From: a bacterium
GTDB lineage: Bacteria > SAR324 > XYD2-FULL-50-16 > G965216635
Assembly (NCBI GenBank): GCA_965216635.1
Contig: OZ244188.1
Span: forward strand, 1,600,001 to 1,664,000
DNA length: 64,000 bases
Reading direction: 5' to 3'
Shown here one piece after another: positions 1-10,358 of the stretch (positions within the stretch are counted from its first letter, which is position 1; every line of letters begins with the position of its first letter). The notes beneath the pieces were generated by a model that did no database searches, had not been told where the DNA came from, and saw nothing but the letters and a program-made list of their open reading frames with translations. The translations under genes were made by a program, and so were the position numbers.

Positions 1-130
1 AGACAACGGACTTGATTTTAAGACAATTTTTTAAAATAGACAAGTTTATTTTAGCAATTTTTTAGTTTTTTTGAAATTTTGCAAAAAATTTGAAAATCTT
101 ATAATATGCTGAGACCTTTACCAAGTAAAA

Positions 131-170
131 TAGACCTTTGAACTTTATAGAATGCAAATTCAAAAATCTA
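131..170. repeat. Minimal (40 bp) copy of the TAGACYTTTGAATT palindromic element
   Basis: tagacctttgaa...ttcaaaaatcta: two imperfect termini with almost no interior. Confidence 0.6.
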
Positions 171-387
171 CTACATTTTATTGAAGAAATAAGCCTGTTT
201 TTCCGACCTAGAATGCCTTATTTAAAAGTCTTTGGTTTTTTTTTACAAAATTAAAACAGACACATAAGGCAAAAAGGGATATTTTTACTATATTTTTCAA
301 GAAAAAAGGTGTATTTTAAACTTTTTATTGTTTTTTAGGAAAAAAAATTATAAACTTATCTAGAAATAGAAATTAAATAATAAAATT

Positions 388-993
388 ATGTTTGAATTTA
401 AAGAATTAGGCTACGCATACAATGCGCTAGAACCTTATATAGACGCTCAGACCATGGAAATACACCATTCTAAGCATCACAAGACTTATTACGATAAATT
501 TTTAGCTTCTGTTGCAGGTACTCCTATGGAGAATTTGAATATTGAAGGAGTAATAGAGCAAGTAGATGAAAACACCTCTCCAGCGATAAGAAATAACGCC
601 GGAGGTTATTTTAATCACAATCTTTTTTGGAATTGTATTGCTCCGAATGGAACTAAAGAGCCCAAAGGAAATCTAGCGGATGCTATTAATACTACTTTTG
701 GCTCTTATGAAAAACTAAAGACTGCAATGAACGATGCGGGAGTAGCTCGGTTTGGTTCTGGTTTTGTTTGGTTAATTGTAAAAGACAATCAACTTCAGGT
801 TATTTCTACTCCGAATCAAGATAACCCGTTAATGAAGGTGTCCAGTACTAGAGGAACGCCAATTATGGCTATTGATGTCTGGGAACACGCTTATTATCTA
901 AAATATCAAAATAGAAGGCCAGATTATTTAGAAGCCATTTGGAATGTTGTGAACTGGAGTATTGCATCCGAACTTTTTTCTAAAATAGATTAA
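388..993 (+). CDS. sodA: Superoxide dismutase, probably Mn-type
   Basis: HHSKHH, NNAGGYFNH, NQDNP and DVWEHAYY motifs; the GG and Q residues favour Mn specificity. Confidence 0.92.
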   Translation: MFEFKELGYAYNALEPYIDAQTMEIHHSKHHKTYYDKFLASVAGTPMENLNIEGVIEQVDENTSPAIRNNAGGYFNHNLFWNCIAPNGTKEPKGNLADAINTTFGSYEKLKTAMNDAGVARFGSGFVWLIVKDNQLQVISTPNQDNPLMKVSSTRGTPIMAIDVWEHAYYLKYQNRRPDYLEAIWNVVNWSIASELFSKID

Positions 994-1038
994 GAAATTA
1001 GGATTGGTAGTTAGTAAGTAATGATATTATTGCTTTTA

Positions 1039-1306
1039 TAGACTTTTGAATTTGCATTCTGTTTAGAATATGCAGCGTTGAAAAAAATTTTTTACCCAAG
1101 AGGAATATCGTAGTGCCACAATAATGTGACCAGGCACTACAAAACTCGCACTATCCAAAAAAAGAAATATAAAAGAGCTAGCGGCTCTTTTACTATATCC
1201 CTTATTTTGCGTTAAGCAATAAGAGTATTTTGAGTGATAAAAAATTCGAGCAACTCAGTATAGCCCCAGTGGCTTAAATAAGTAGAATGCCTAGTTCAAT
1301 AGTCTC
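1039..1306. mobile_element. MITE-like palindromic element, full-length modular copy
   Basis: Starts tagacttttgaatttgc and ends ttcaatagtctc; internal GTAGTGCC..GGCACTAC and AAAAGAGC..GCTCTTTT hairpins are shared with other copies. Confidence 0.75.
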
Positions 1307-1507
1307 TTTTAGGTATTTGTATGATTTATCCTTATTATAAACAAGAGGTGACAAAGTAAGGAACATAGAGAAGAGATTTTTTACAGATTAGATAGAAATT
1401 TTATACTACGTTCTGTTTTAACAGTTTTCTGAAAGACTGTTTTTTAGACTTTCCTCTTGTCTTTATACTTGCTTTCCTATACCATTCATTCAGCCTTCTT
1501 ATAAAAA

Positions 1508-1610
1508 AGACCATTGCATTGGAGTTCTGTGACGGCTAGCCAAATGGTTATAACAGGTGCGAAAAAGTTTCCAACAAAGCATAAGCTAACAGAACTCCAA
1601 TGCAATGGCA
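1508..1610. repeat. Short variant of the element with a perfect 20-bp inverted repeat, upstream of rne
   Basis: ccattgcattggagttctgt (1511-1530) / acagaactccaatgcaatgg (1589-1608) enclose the gacggctagccaaatggtta module. Confidence 0.75.
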
Positions 1611-1756
1611 TTAAGAGTGAAAAAATCCAATCTAGTTTATTGGAAATCTTTGCAGTAGACACAGTTCTAACTCAAAGACATCACTCTTTTACTAACCTTT
1701 AAAAAATAAGGCTCTTGAATTAGGCTTCGTTTAATTCAAAAGTCTCTAAAAATATT

Positions 1757-4240
1757 ATGTCAAAATTCATGTTAATAAGCGTTGATTGGGAAATACGCAT
1801 TGCATTTCTAAAAAACAATAAACTGGAAGATTACTATCACGAACAAAAAGGAATGGAGGAAGAAATAACCGGCAATATCTATACAGGTGTTGTAGAACAG
1901 GTTCACTCTTCTATTAATGCAGCTTTTGTAAATATAGGATTGGAAAAAAATGCTTTTTTAGCGCTAGATTCGGTAGATTATGCTATTCATCCTCCTTGTG
2001 TTAATGAAGGAGAAAAAATCACTATAGACTCCGTTTTAAAAGAAAAAGATGTGGTCTTAGTTCAAGTGCTAAAAGACGCAACAGATACAAAAGGAGCTTC
2101 TCTATCTACCTTTGTGAGTTTACCTGGTAGATATCTTGTTCTTTCTTCTAATATAGATTCGAATGGTATAAGTAAAAAAATTGTAGATACTAAAGAAAAA
2201 ACTCGCTTGGTAAATTTCTTAGAAAAAAAGAACGGAAGCGACCATTCTGTTATTGTAAGAACAGCAGCTGTAGGGGTGCCTATGAAAGATATTGAAAGAG
2301 AGTATCGCTGGCTAAAAAAACAGTGGATGGAAGTTGTGCAGAAAAGTAAAGTAACAAAAAACCCTGCTCTGATAATATCCGAACAACCTCTTATTATACG
2401 CACTATGCGAGATCATTATCATTCAGATATAGACAAAATACTAGTTAATAAAGCCGACGCTTTTGAACTGGTTAAAGACTTCTTAAACCAGAACTATCCT
2501 GATAATATTTCTACTCTTCATTTTTATAATGACACAACACCTTTGTTTTATAATTTTAATATAGAGGCAGATGTCCAGCTTTTAGCGGAAAGAAAAATCC
2601 TTCTTCCTTGTGGAGGCTATATTGTTATTGATCAAACAGAGGCTCTAGTATCCATAGATGTCAATTCTGGTAGTGCTAGGAGTACGGATTCTGTTAGTAA
2701 GATACTTTTTGAAATCAATTTAGAAGCGGCAGAAGAGGCGGCAAGGCAAATTCGTTTAAGAAATCTTTCTGGGTTGCTTGTAATAGATTTTATTGATATG
2801 CAAAATCTGGTCTATAGGAAAAAGGTAGAAGAAGTTTTGGTTGAGGCTATGAAAAAAGACCGCTCTAAGCACACAATTATGCCTATATCAGAATTGGGAC
2901 TTTTAGAGATTAGTAGACAGAAAATAGGAAAAAACCTTGCAACTTCTTCAATGGAAATCTGTTCCACTTGTAAAGGGAGAGGAAGCACTTTTTCTTTAAT
3001 TACTCAAACCAACAAAATTTTGCGGCAAATACAAAATAAAGCGCAAACAGGAAATTTTGCTGGATTTTCTATCTACGGTTCTCCGGATTTAATCGGTTTT
3101 CTACAAAAAGAGAGTATTAGTTTATTAGAAGAAGTAGAAAAGCAATTTGATATTAAAATTGTTTTAGAAGCCGATAAACAATTTTTTCTTGCAGATGAAG
3201 CAGAAATTCATACAGAAGAAAGAGAAGGTGGAAAAAAATCTACTGTAGCATTGAAACCTTCTGTGCCTTCCGAAATTCTTGCGACTGTGATTCCAGAGAA
3301 GGTAAGTTCTGATAGAGGACTAGCGCCTCACTTTCTTTTTAAAGATGTAGATGTTTCTAATAAAAAAGATACCTTTAAAGATTTCCAAGAAAAAAGCAAA
3401 GGAGCAGAAGAAAAAGATTCTATTCATAATAAATATTTATGGAAGACTCCGTCCACTCAAGTTGGAAAAGAACTTCAAAAAGTAGAAAATACTAAACCTT
3501 CGCCCTCTAGATCTTCTTTATCGCAACCTCACAAAAAGAAATCTTTCTTTACTAAAAATGCTAATGACAGTTTTCCGCAAAATCGCAGTACATTTAGAAA
3601 TAGAAGTACGCAAAGCGAACAACATTCTAACGATTTATCTTTTAGAAGTATTGTAAAAACAGAAGAAGCAAAAAACCAGAATCTGTGGAATAAATTTAAG
3701 GGGTTTTTTTCCTCTAAAGAGGGTAGCTCTACAAAAAACAAGAGCTATCGCAAACCTCAGAAAGATACAACTTCTAGTAGAAGAGTCGGTTATTCTAGCA
3801 GAAAAATCACCCCCAGTAGAGGTTTTAGTGAGAATACTAGAGACGGCAAATATAATGAAAGTAGTAGAGGCAGAACCTTTAGCGATACTTCTAGGGGAAG
3901 AGGCAGAACCTTTAGCGAAAATAAAGAGAGAACTTTTAGCGATACTTCTAGGGGAAGAGGCAGAACCTTTAGCGAAAATAAGGAGAGAACCTTTAGCGAT
4001 GCTCCTAGGGGAAGAGGTAGAACTTTTAGCGATACTTCTAGGGGAAGAGGCAGAACTTTTAGCGATACTTCTAGGGGAAGAGCTAGCACCTTTAGCGAAA
4101 ATAAAGAGAGAACCTTTAGCGATACTTCTAGGGGAAGAGGCAGAACCTTTAGCGAAAATAAGGAGAGAACCTTTAGCGATGCTCCTAGGGGAAGAGGCAG
4201 AACCTATAGTGGAAATAAGGAGAGAAATTTTAATAAGTAA
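1757..4240 (+). CDS. rne: Ribonuclease E/G family with long low-complexity C-terminal tail
   Basis: GNIYTGVVE S1 region, IDVNSG, IDFIDM and CSTCKGRG Zn-link; Arg/Ser-rich repeat tail. Confidence 0.9.
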   Translation: MSKFMLISVDWEIRIAFLKNNKLEDYYHEQKGMEEEITGNIYTGVVEQVHSSINAAFVNIGLEKNAFLALDSVDYAIHPPCVNEGEKITIDSVLKEKDVVLVQVLKDATDTKGASLSTFVSLPGRYLVLSSNIDSNGISKKIVDTKEKTRLVNFLEKKNGSDHSVIVRTAAVGVPMKDIEREYRWLKKQWMEVVQKSKVTKNPALIISEQPLIIRTMRDHYHSDIDKILVNKADAFELVKDFLNQNYPDNISTLHFYNDTTPLFYNFNIEADVQLLAERKILLPCGGYIVIDQTEALVSIDVNSGSARSTDSVSKILFEINLEAAEEAARQIRLRNLSGLLVIDFIDMQNLVYRKKVEEVLVEAMKKDRSKHTIMPISELGLLEISRQKIGKNLATSSMEICSTCKGRGSTFSLITQTNKILRQIQNKAQTGNFAGFSIYGSPDLIGFLQKESISLLEEVEKQFDIKIVLEADKQFFLADEAEIHTEEREGGKKSTVALKPSVPSEILATVIPEKVSSDRGLAPHFLFKDVDVSNKKDTFKDFQEKSKGAEEKDSIHNKYLWKTPSTQVGKELQKVENTKPSPSRSSLSQPHKKKSFFTKNANDSFPQNRSTFRNRSTQSEQHSNDLSFRSIVKTEEAKNQNLWNKFKGFFSSKEGSSTKNKSYRKPQKDTTSSRRVGYSSRKITPSRGFSENTRDGKYNESSRGRTFSDTSRGRGRTFSENKERTFSDTSRGRGRTFSENKERTFSDAPRGRGRTFSDTSRGRGRTFSDTSRGRASTFSENKERTFSDTSRGRGRTFSENKERTFSDAPRGRGRTYSGNKERNFNK
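3868..4230 (+). repeat. In-frame tandem repeats (RTFSDTSRGRG / RTFSENKE units) in the rne tail
   Basis: 33-bp and 24-bp units in mixed order are visible in both DNA and protein. Confidence 0.95.
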
Positions 4241-4247
4241 GACTTAA

Positions 4248-4289
4248 TAGACTTTTGAATTTGCCAAATAGGGCAAATTCAAAGGTCTA
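4248..4289. terminator. Hairpin between convergent rne and trkA; minimal copy of the palindromic element
   Basis: TAGACTTTTGAATTTGCC-loop-GGCAAATTCAAAGGTCTA, an 18-bp near-perfect stem; terminator role is inferred from position. Confidence 0.65.
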
Positions 4290-4290
4290 C

Positions 4291-5661
4291 CTAATTTTTA
4301 CCTGAAGCTCTTTTTTTCAAGAAAGGTAGATTTTCTGGGAGAGTGAAAAAAAGAATACGATTATTTGCTTTAATCACTGTTTCACCCTTAGGTATAATAA
4401 CTTTTCCTTCTTGGTCTACCAAAACTCCTACCAAAGAATTTTCTGGAAAATCAATTTCTTTGAGAGTTTTGTTTTTCCAAGCGGATTCTTTAGTTATAGT
4501 TAAAGAAAGCACTTCCATTGATGTATTTGCAACGGTAGTGAAGTCAGGTGAATAGTCTCCATAATGGATAAATTGCTGTACTAGACGATTTACAATTATC
4601 CGTTCAGAAAGACTAACATCTATTTTCGCCATTTGGGCAACTGGCAGTAACTCGGATTTATGAACTATAGCAATAGTTTTTTTAGCTCCTAAAAATTTTG
4701 CTATCATACAGGCGTTGATGTTATAAAGTTCGTTATCAGATATGGCTATAAATAAAAAAATTTTAGCTACGTGAGCTTTTTTTTGAAATTCTAAGTCTAG
4801 AATGGGACCAACAATGATTTTCAAATTTTTTGAATTAGATATGTTTTTTTTAAAAGCTTCCTTTTCTTCTTGGTTATCGCAAATCACAGTTACTCTAAAA
4901 TTTTCTCGCAATAAAGAACACACTAAAATGGAATTTAAAAGATTACTGCCATAGATAACCGCTGTTTTCTTATCGGTTGTTTTTACCTCAAAATGCTCTT
5001 TAAAAGATTGTAATTTTTCTTTAGGAAAAAGTACAAAAAGTTGATCGTTTTTTTGGATTTTCCAGTTCCCTCTTGGTATGTAAGAATTACCACCCCGACA
5101 AACACAACCTATCAAAAAAAAACTATCTTTGGGTATTTGGTGTAGAAATTTATCTACAAAGTTAGATTCCTCAGTGACAATCAAACCAAACATAACCACC
5201 TTGCCTTCTGCAAAAGAACTTATCTGAGTTGCCGAAGAAAATTTTGCGAGGTTGAGAACTTCATTACAAAGAACTTCTGTGATATTGATAATTTTTTCTA
5301 TTCCCGATTTATTGTATTTTTTTACAAATTTCTTTTTTGTATAGATAGGAGAAGTGGTTACAGCTATGCTTTTTTTTGCTCCTATATTATGAGCCAAAAT
5401 GCAAGAAATAAGATTGGTTTCTTCATCGGGAGTGCAGGCTATAAAAGCTTTTGTTTCTTTACGGATAGCTTCTTTGAGAACAGGTAAATCTACAATGCTG
5501 CCACAAAGAGTAGCTACATTGAATTGTTGATTGAGTTTTTGAATCTTACTATAATTATCATCAATTATGGTTACAGAATAATTATCTTCTAAGTTCTTTT
5601 TGCTTAATTCCTCAGCAATAAAGGTTCCCGTTTCTCCTGCTCCTCCTATAACAATATGCAT
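4291..5661 (-). CDS. trkA: Trk potassium uptake protein TrkA
   Basis: MHIVIGGAGETG NAD-binding start; two RCK_N/RCK_C repeats (YIPRG, IIPKG); 456 aa. Confidence 0.88.
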   Translation of the reverse strand: MHIVIGGAGETGTFIAEELSKKNLEDNYSVTIIDDNYSKIQKLNQQFNVATLCGSIVDLPVLKEAIRKETKAFIACTPDEETNLISCILAHNIGAKKSIAVTTSPIYTKKKFVKKYNKSGIEKIINITEVLCNEVLNLAKFSSATQISSFAEGKVVMFGLIVTEESNFVDKFLHQIPKDSFFLIGCVCRGGNSYIPRGNWKIQKNDQLFVLFPKEKLQSFKEHFEVKTTDKKTAVIYGSNLLNSILVCSLLRENFRVTVICDNQEEKEAFKKNISNSKNLKIIVGPILDLEFQKKAHVAKIFLFIAISDNELYNINACMIAKFLGAKKTIAIVHKSELLPVAQMAKIDVSLSERIIVNRLVQQFIHYGDYSPDFTTVANTSMEVLSLTITKESAWKNKTLKEIDFPENSLVGVLVDQEGKVIIPKGETVIKANNRILFFTLPENLPFLKKRASGKN

Positions 5662-5665
5662 AGTT

Positions 5666-6706
5666 CTATAACCCTATTGGGTGCATCCAGCCATAAATAT
5701 CCTCTGAAATACCCTGTTGGATTTCGGTTAAGGTTTTGTGTATTTCCTGTAGTATAGGTGCGGATGAATTAAATTTATAGCTTTTTTTATCGCAGATAAT
5801 CTCTTCTACAGGAGCCAAAACTGCTGCTGTGCCACAAGCTCCTATTTCTGCAAAATTGTCTATTTCCTTAAAAAAATCTATTGCTCTTTCTTCTGTCTGA
5901 AGACCTAACTTTTCCTTTGCAATATGCATCGCAGATTGTCTAGTAATACTCGGCAATATACTATTTGATTTCGGTGTAATCAATTTGCCCTCTTTTGTTA
6001 GAATTATTATATTAGTAGCACCTGATTCGTCTAGGTAGCGGTTGTGTTTAGAATCCAAATAAAGCACTTCGTTAGCTCCTTTTTTAGCTGCCTCTTTTCT
6101 TATCCATAGACCAGCCACATAATTTGCTCCTGCTTTAAAAGAGCCTATACCTTGAGGGGCTGCTCTATCAAAAGATTGAGCTAGGTAAAGTTTAATAGGT
6201 GTCGTTTTTCCAGCTGTAAAGTAAGGTCCTACAGGGGATCCAAAAACACGGAACTGATATTCTGGAGCAGGAGTCAAGCCTAGCATTTCACCTACGCCTA
6301 TAAGTAAAGGACGAATATAAAAAGAAGCTCCAAATCCAAAAGGAGGCACCCAAGCTTGATTGGCTTGTACTGTTTTTTTGACTGCTTGTAAAAAAAACTC
6401 GGTTGCTACCACAGGCATTAAAAGTCTTTTGGCTGTTCTTTGCATTCTTTTAGCATTTTCTAAAGGACGAAAAAGTAATATCCGTTCATCTTCTGTGCAG
6501 TAGGCTTTTAATCCCTCAAAACACTGCTGCGCGTAATGCAAAGAACCAGAACCTTCGTGCAGATGTATTTCATTATCCTGTATGAGTTTGCCTTCGTTCC
6601 AATCTCCGTTTTTATAAGTAGCTAAAAAGCGGTAATCTGTTTTTCTATAATTAAAGGGTAGGTTAGCCCAATCTATATTTTTTTTTTTAATTGTTTTGTT
6701 GCTCAT
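5666..6706 (-). CDS. ilvE: Branched-chain amino acid aminotransferase
   Basis: LHYAQQCFEGLKAY, YIRP, KAGANY, ILPSITR and CGTAA motifs. Confidence 0.93.
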   Translation of the reverse strand: MSNKTIKKKNIDWANLPFNYRKTDYRFLATYKNGDWNEGKLIQDNEIHLHEGSGSLHYAQQCFEGLKAYCTEDERILLFRPLENAKRMQRTAKRLLMPVVATEFFLQAVKKTVQANQAWVPPFGFGASFYIRPLLIGVGEMLGLTPAPEYQFRVFGSPVGPYFTAGKTTPIKLYLAQSFDRAAPQGIGSFKAGANYVAGLWIRKEAAKKGANEVLYLDSKHNRYLDESGATNIIILTKEGKLITPKSNSILPSITRQSAMHIAKEKLGLQTEERAIDFFKEIDNFAEIGACGTAAVLAPVEEIICDKKSYKFNSSAPILQEIHKTLTEIQQGISEDIYGWMHPIGL

Positions 6707-6708
6707 GT

Positions 6709-6892
6709 CTTTTACATTTCTTTTTTAGGATATCGCCAAGGTTTGTAGTGCCTAGTCGCATTATTGTGGCACTACGATATTCTTGGTATACCCAAATTTT
6801 TTTTCGCACCTGTTCTAACCATTTGGCTAGCCCCAATAGTGGGGGTAAGCATCGGCGGAAAAGAATTTTTATAACACTAATTCAAATATCTA
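6709..6892. mobile_element. Partial reversed copy of the palindromic element
   Basis: gtagtgcc..ggcactac hairpin, gcacctgttctaaccatttggctagcc module and one degenerate terminus (taattcaaatatcta). Confidence 0.7.
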
Positions 6893-6899
6893 ATAATGT

Positions 6900-8792
6900 C
6901 TAATTCAAAGATCCCTTTGAGTTTAAATTGCGATGTATTTTCTCTTGAAAAAGAATACTATCTATTGTTTCCACCACCTTTTCCTTATTGTTATCACTTA
7001 CAAAATAAAGCAGTTTGGCAAGCTGTTCTTCCAAAATCGCCCCTGGTAGCTGTTCTTCTTTTACCCTGTATATTTTCGGGTGCTGGGTTTTTTCCATAGT
7101 TTTAGGATCAATTAAATTTTCTTCTACAATTTTTTCTCCTTTTTTTAATCCCCCAATCTGAATAGCAATATCTTCTTCTGGAATATAACCGTGCAGGCGA
7201 ATTAGATTATAAGCTAAGTCGTATATTTTTATAGGGCTACCCATATCCAAATGAAAAATATCATTAGTTCTAGATAAAGCACTCCCTTGAATCACTAAGG
7301 TTGCAGCCTCTGTTAAAGACATAAAATAGCGAACTGCATCTTTATGAGTAACTCGGATAGCTTTTTTTTTTTTTATTAATTCTTCAAAACGAGGAATAAC
7401 AGAGCCGCTAGAATAAATCACATTACCAAAACGAACAATCGTAAAATTTTGTTTTTCTAAATTAAGAGCAGGGTTTTTCGCTAAAAAAAGCAGTGCCAAT
7501 TCTGCGATTCTTTTACTTTTTCCCATAATACTTGTAGGGTTAATTGCTTTATCTGTGGAAATTAAAACAAATTTTTTGCCTTTGTATTCAAGAAATTTTT
7601 GTAACACCCGCATAGTACCAAAAACATTGACTAGAACCCCCTCCACTGGATTTTTCTCTACAATATTGACATGTTTGTAAGCTGCTGCGTGATAGAGTAA
7701 ATCTATAGAATGATTAGAAAAAATATATTCCAGTTTCTTTAAGGATAAAATATCGCAGAGATAGGTTTGATAATTTTTAAAATTTTTATCCTTTAAAAAA
7801 TTTTCTATAAGGTAAAGAGATTCTTCGTCGTTATCTATGAGAATAATAAATTTGGGATTGTAGGCTAAAATGGTTTGACAAATAGAGCGACCAATAGAGC
7901 CTCCAGCACCGGTAATGGCGATAACCTTATCACACACTCCTTTTTCCAATAGATGCTGCATGGGAGTAACTTCTTCTCTACCAATCAAATCTTCAATACT
8001 AAGATTTCGGATTTCTAAATTTTGTGGCTCTAGAGAGCTATAAAGAGAAGAGATAATTTTAATGGAAATAGGATAAGTTTTTAAACAATCAAAAAGTTCC
8101 ATCAAGCGGTTTTTAGTAATAGAAGGAGTGGCAATTATGAGTTTTTCTACTTTATTCTTGGAAATTATTTTTTCTAGTTCAGAGGAACTGTAAATTTTTA
8201 TCCCCGCTAAATTTTGTCCTTGTAAATTTTTATTATCGTCTATAAAAGCTATTATATTTTCTTGGTGGCTGATAAGTTGTAAAAGTTTTCCTCCAGTCTC
8301 GCCAGCCCCAAAAACAATAGTTTTGGATTCTTGTTTTTTTTTTGTGGATTGCTTTGCCTCACTTATCAAAGAATGAATAAAAAAACGCAATCCACAAATT
8401 AGAAAAAGAACGAGAAGATAATCAAAAACAATAATCAAACGAGGAAAATTGATAGAAAACAAAATTCTATAAAAAATGGTGCTTATAAAAATTATAGGTA
8501 AAGCACAGCTCAAGGCTTGACAAGTTTTTGTAATAACTATATTGAGAGAGTAGTATAAAATAGAACGGTAAATTCCAAATAGATACAGAAACAAAATCTG
8601 CACAAAAACCAAAGATAAGACTAGTCTCCAGTGAAGAATGAAACTATCTAAGGCGAGAAACAGTTCCAATCTTAAGAAAAACGCAAGAAATAACCCGAAA
8701 AAAAGAGTAAAAATATCTAAAAAGAAAAGAATCCACCTTTTTTGACTACGGCTGATTTTAGAATAGAGGTGGTTTATGAATTTAAGTCCCAT
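6900..8792 (-). CDS. Nucleoside-diphosphate sugar 4,6-dehydratase (CapD/PglF/WbpM family)
   Basis: N-terminal TM helices, GAGETG, TGAGGSIG, HAAAYKHV, ISTDKA, VRFGNV and SSGSVIP motifs. Confidence 0.9.
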   Translation of the reverse strand: MGLKFINHLYSKISRSQKRWILFFLDIFTLFFGLFLAFFLRLELFLALDSFILHWRLVLSLVFVQILFLYLFGIYRSILYYSLNIVITKTCQALSCALPIIFISTIFYRILFSINFPRLIIVFDYLLVLFLICGLRFFIHSLISEAKQSTKKKQESKTIVFGAGETGGKLLQLISHQENIIAFIDDNKNLQGQNLAGIKIYSSSELEKIISKNKVEKLIIATPSITKNRLMELFDCLKTYPISIKIISSLYSSLEPQNLEIRNLSIEDLIGREEVTPMQHLLEKGVCDKVIAITGAGGSIGRSICQTILAYNPKFIILIDNDEESLYLIENFLKDKNFKNYQTYLCDILSLKKLEYIFSNHSIDLLYHAAAYKHVNIVEKNPVEGVLVNVFGTMRVLQKFLEYKGKKFVLISTDKAINPTSIMGKSKRIAELALLFLAKNPALNLEKQNFTIVRFGNVIYSSGSVIPRFEELIKKKKAIRVTHKDAVRYFMSLTEAATLVIQGSALSRTNDIFHLDMGSPIKIYDLAYNLIRLHGYIPEEDIAIQIGGLKKGEKIVEENLIDPKTMEKTQHPKIYRVKEEQLPGAILEEQLAKLLYFVSDNNKEKVVETIDSILFQEKIHRNLNSKGSLN

Positions 8793-8798
8793 ATAGTG

Positions 8799-9166
8799 TA
8801 GACCTTTGAATTTTCGTTATGTGACGGCTAGCCAAATGGTTAGAACAGGTGCGAAAAAAAATTTTAGCTCGTAGGAATATCGTAGTGCCATAATAATAGG
8901 ATCAGGCACTACAAAACTTGCATAATCTAAAAAAGAAATGCAAAAGCTCCAGTGGAGCTTTTACTATAACCCTTATGAAATAGATAGCAAAAGAAAAGTA
9001 TTTCAAGAGTTAAAAATTTTTTTTAATGGCGTCTTGCAAAACACTACAAAATTTGCATAATCCAAAAAAGGACTGTAAAAGAGCCAGCGGCTCTTTTACT
9101 AAAGATTGTATAAAGTGACAGCAATAAGCTTGTTTTGGCTAAACAGAACGCAAATTCAAAAGTCTA
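8799..9166. mobile_element. Longest (368 bp) copy of the MITE-like element, with a duplicated internal module
   Basis: tagacctttgaatttt...caaattcaaaagtcta termini; two AAAAG..CTTTTAC hairpin modules. Confidence 0.82.
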
Positions 9167-9186
9167 TAGTGTTTTAAGATTTATCT

Positions 9187-9990
9187 ATGAATAACAATAC
9201 ACCAAAAAATCAAATTTTTATAGTTAGTTTAGCAAAAATACATCTTTATATAATTTTCACTATTTTTCTTTTTTTTAGTTTAGTATTTTTTTTTAGTGAT
9301 TTAGATTTAAAAATTTCAGCAAAATTTTATCATTTTGAGACAAACAGCTGGGTAAACAATCAAAACTCTGCTATTCACTGGATATATGTATTCGGGCCCC
9401 TACCTCAGATTTTATTATTTAATTTTGCCTTTATCGGTTGGATTTTTTCTTATCTAAAATCACGGTGGGTGAGGTTTAGACGCCAGTACGGTTTTATAAT
9501 ACTCACAATTTTAGCATCGGAATTTTTTGTAGAAATTTTCAAACATACTTTTTCAAGACCCCGTCCTAGAAATATTGAACTTTTTGAGGGAAATTTTCCT
9601 TTTACTCCTCTTTGGGTAGTAGGAGAACAAGGTTTGAGTTTTCCTTCTAGCCACGTCAAAAGCGGTTTTATTTTTGTTATGTTGTTTTATTTGTTTTATC
9701 CAAAATACAAAAAGCCCGCCTTTATTAGCCTAGTTTTTAGTTTAGTGCTGGGTGGAATTTTGTCCTATACCCGAATACTACAAGGGGGACATTTTTTATC
9801 CGATTGTATTTTTTCATTTATTCTTTCCCATTTCATAGTTATTGTATTTGTTTTCTTATTTCTGGAGCAAAAAAAAAAAACAGCTGATTTTCAAGCTATT
9901 TTTTCAACACCAAAAAAACTTTTTCTTTATTTTCTAGTTTTTACGATTCCTATTGTTTTTTTAGTAGCTTATGTTATAGCATTTTTTTAA
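9187..9990 (+). CDS. PAP2-family membrane phosphatase
   Basis: KxxxxRPRP, SFPSSH and RILQGGHFLSD motifs; multiple TM segments. Confidence 0.88.
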   Translation: MNNNTPKNQIFIVSLAKIHLYIIFTIFLFFSLVFFFSDLDLKISAKFYHFETNSWVNNQNSAIHWIYVFGPLPQILLFNFAFIGWIFSYLKSRWVRFRRQYGFIILTILASEFFVEIFKHTFSRPRPRNIELFEGNFPFTPLWVVGEQGLSFPSSHVKSGFIFVMLFYLFYPKYKKPAFISLVFSLVLGGILSYTRILQGGHFLSDCIFSFILSHFIVIVFVFLFLEQKKKTADFQAIFSTPKKLFLYFLVFTIPIVFLVAYVIAFF

Positions 9991-10112
9991 TTTAGACAGC
10001 TGTATTACTTAGCTAGACTTTTACAAAAAGACGCTGCGACTAATTCAAAGGTTGCTAACAGTGTAAAGGTAGGCAATTTAAAGAGCTTTTATTTCTTAAA
10101 TAAAAACTTAAA

Positions 10113-10358
10113 ATGAAAAAAGATAAAACAAAATTTTACCTTACTCTCAGTACTATGGGGTTAGAAATGGGTTTGTCTTTGGTAGTTGGTTTTTTTCTAG
10201 GAAAATTTTTAGACGAAAAATTAGCAATTACTCCGTGGGGGAGTATTATGGGATTGCTTTTAGGATTGGTTGCTGCTTTTCGTTCTGTCTACCAAAAAAT
10301 CCGCAAGCTACAAAAGTGGATGATAGAAGAAAATTTAGAAAATAAAAATCAAAAATGA
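10113..10358 (+). CDS. AtpZ/AtpI-family (ATPase gene 1) small membrane protein
   Basis: MGLEMGLSLVVGFFLGKFLD..TPWG two-TM pattern. Confidence 0.75.
   Translation: MKKDKTKFYLTLSTMGLEMGLSLVVGFFLGKFLDEKLAITPWGSIMGLLLGLVAAFRSVYQKIRKLQKWMIEENLENKNQK

Noticed and set aside
3790..4247. ORFs 3790-4089 (-) and 3828-4247 (+)
   Set aside because: Shadow frames kept open by the stop-free repeats of the rne tail.
6709..6892. Possible riboswitch or attenuator upstream of ilvE
   Set aside because: The sequence is explained by modules of the dispersed element; no T-box or leader peptide was recognised.
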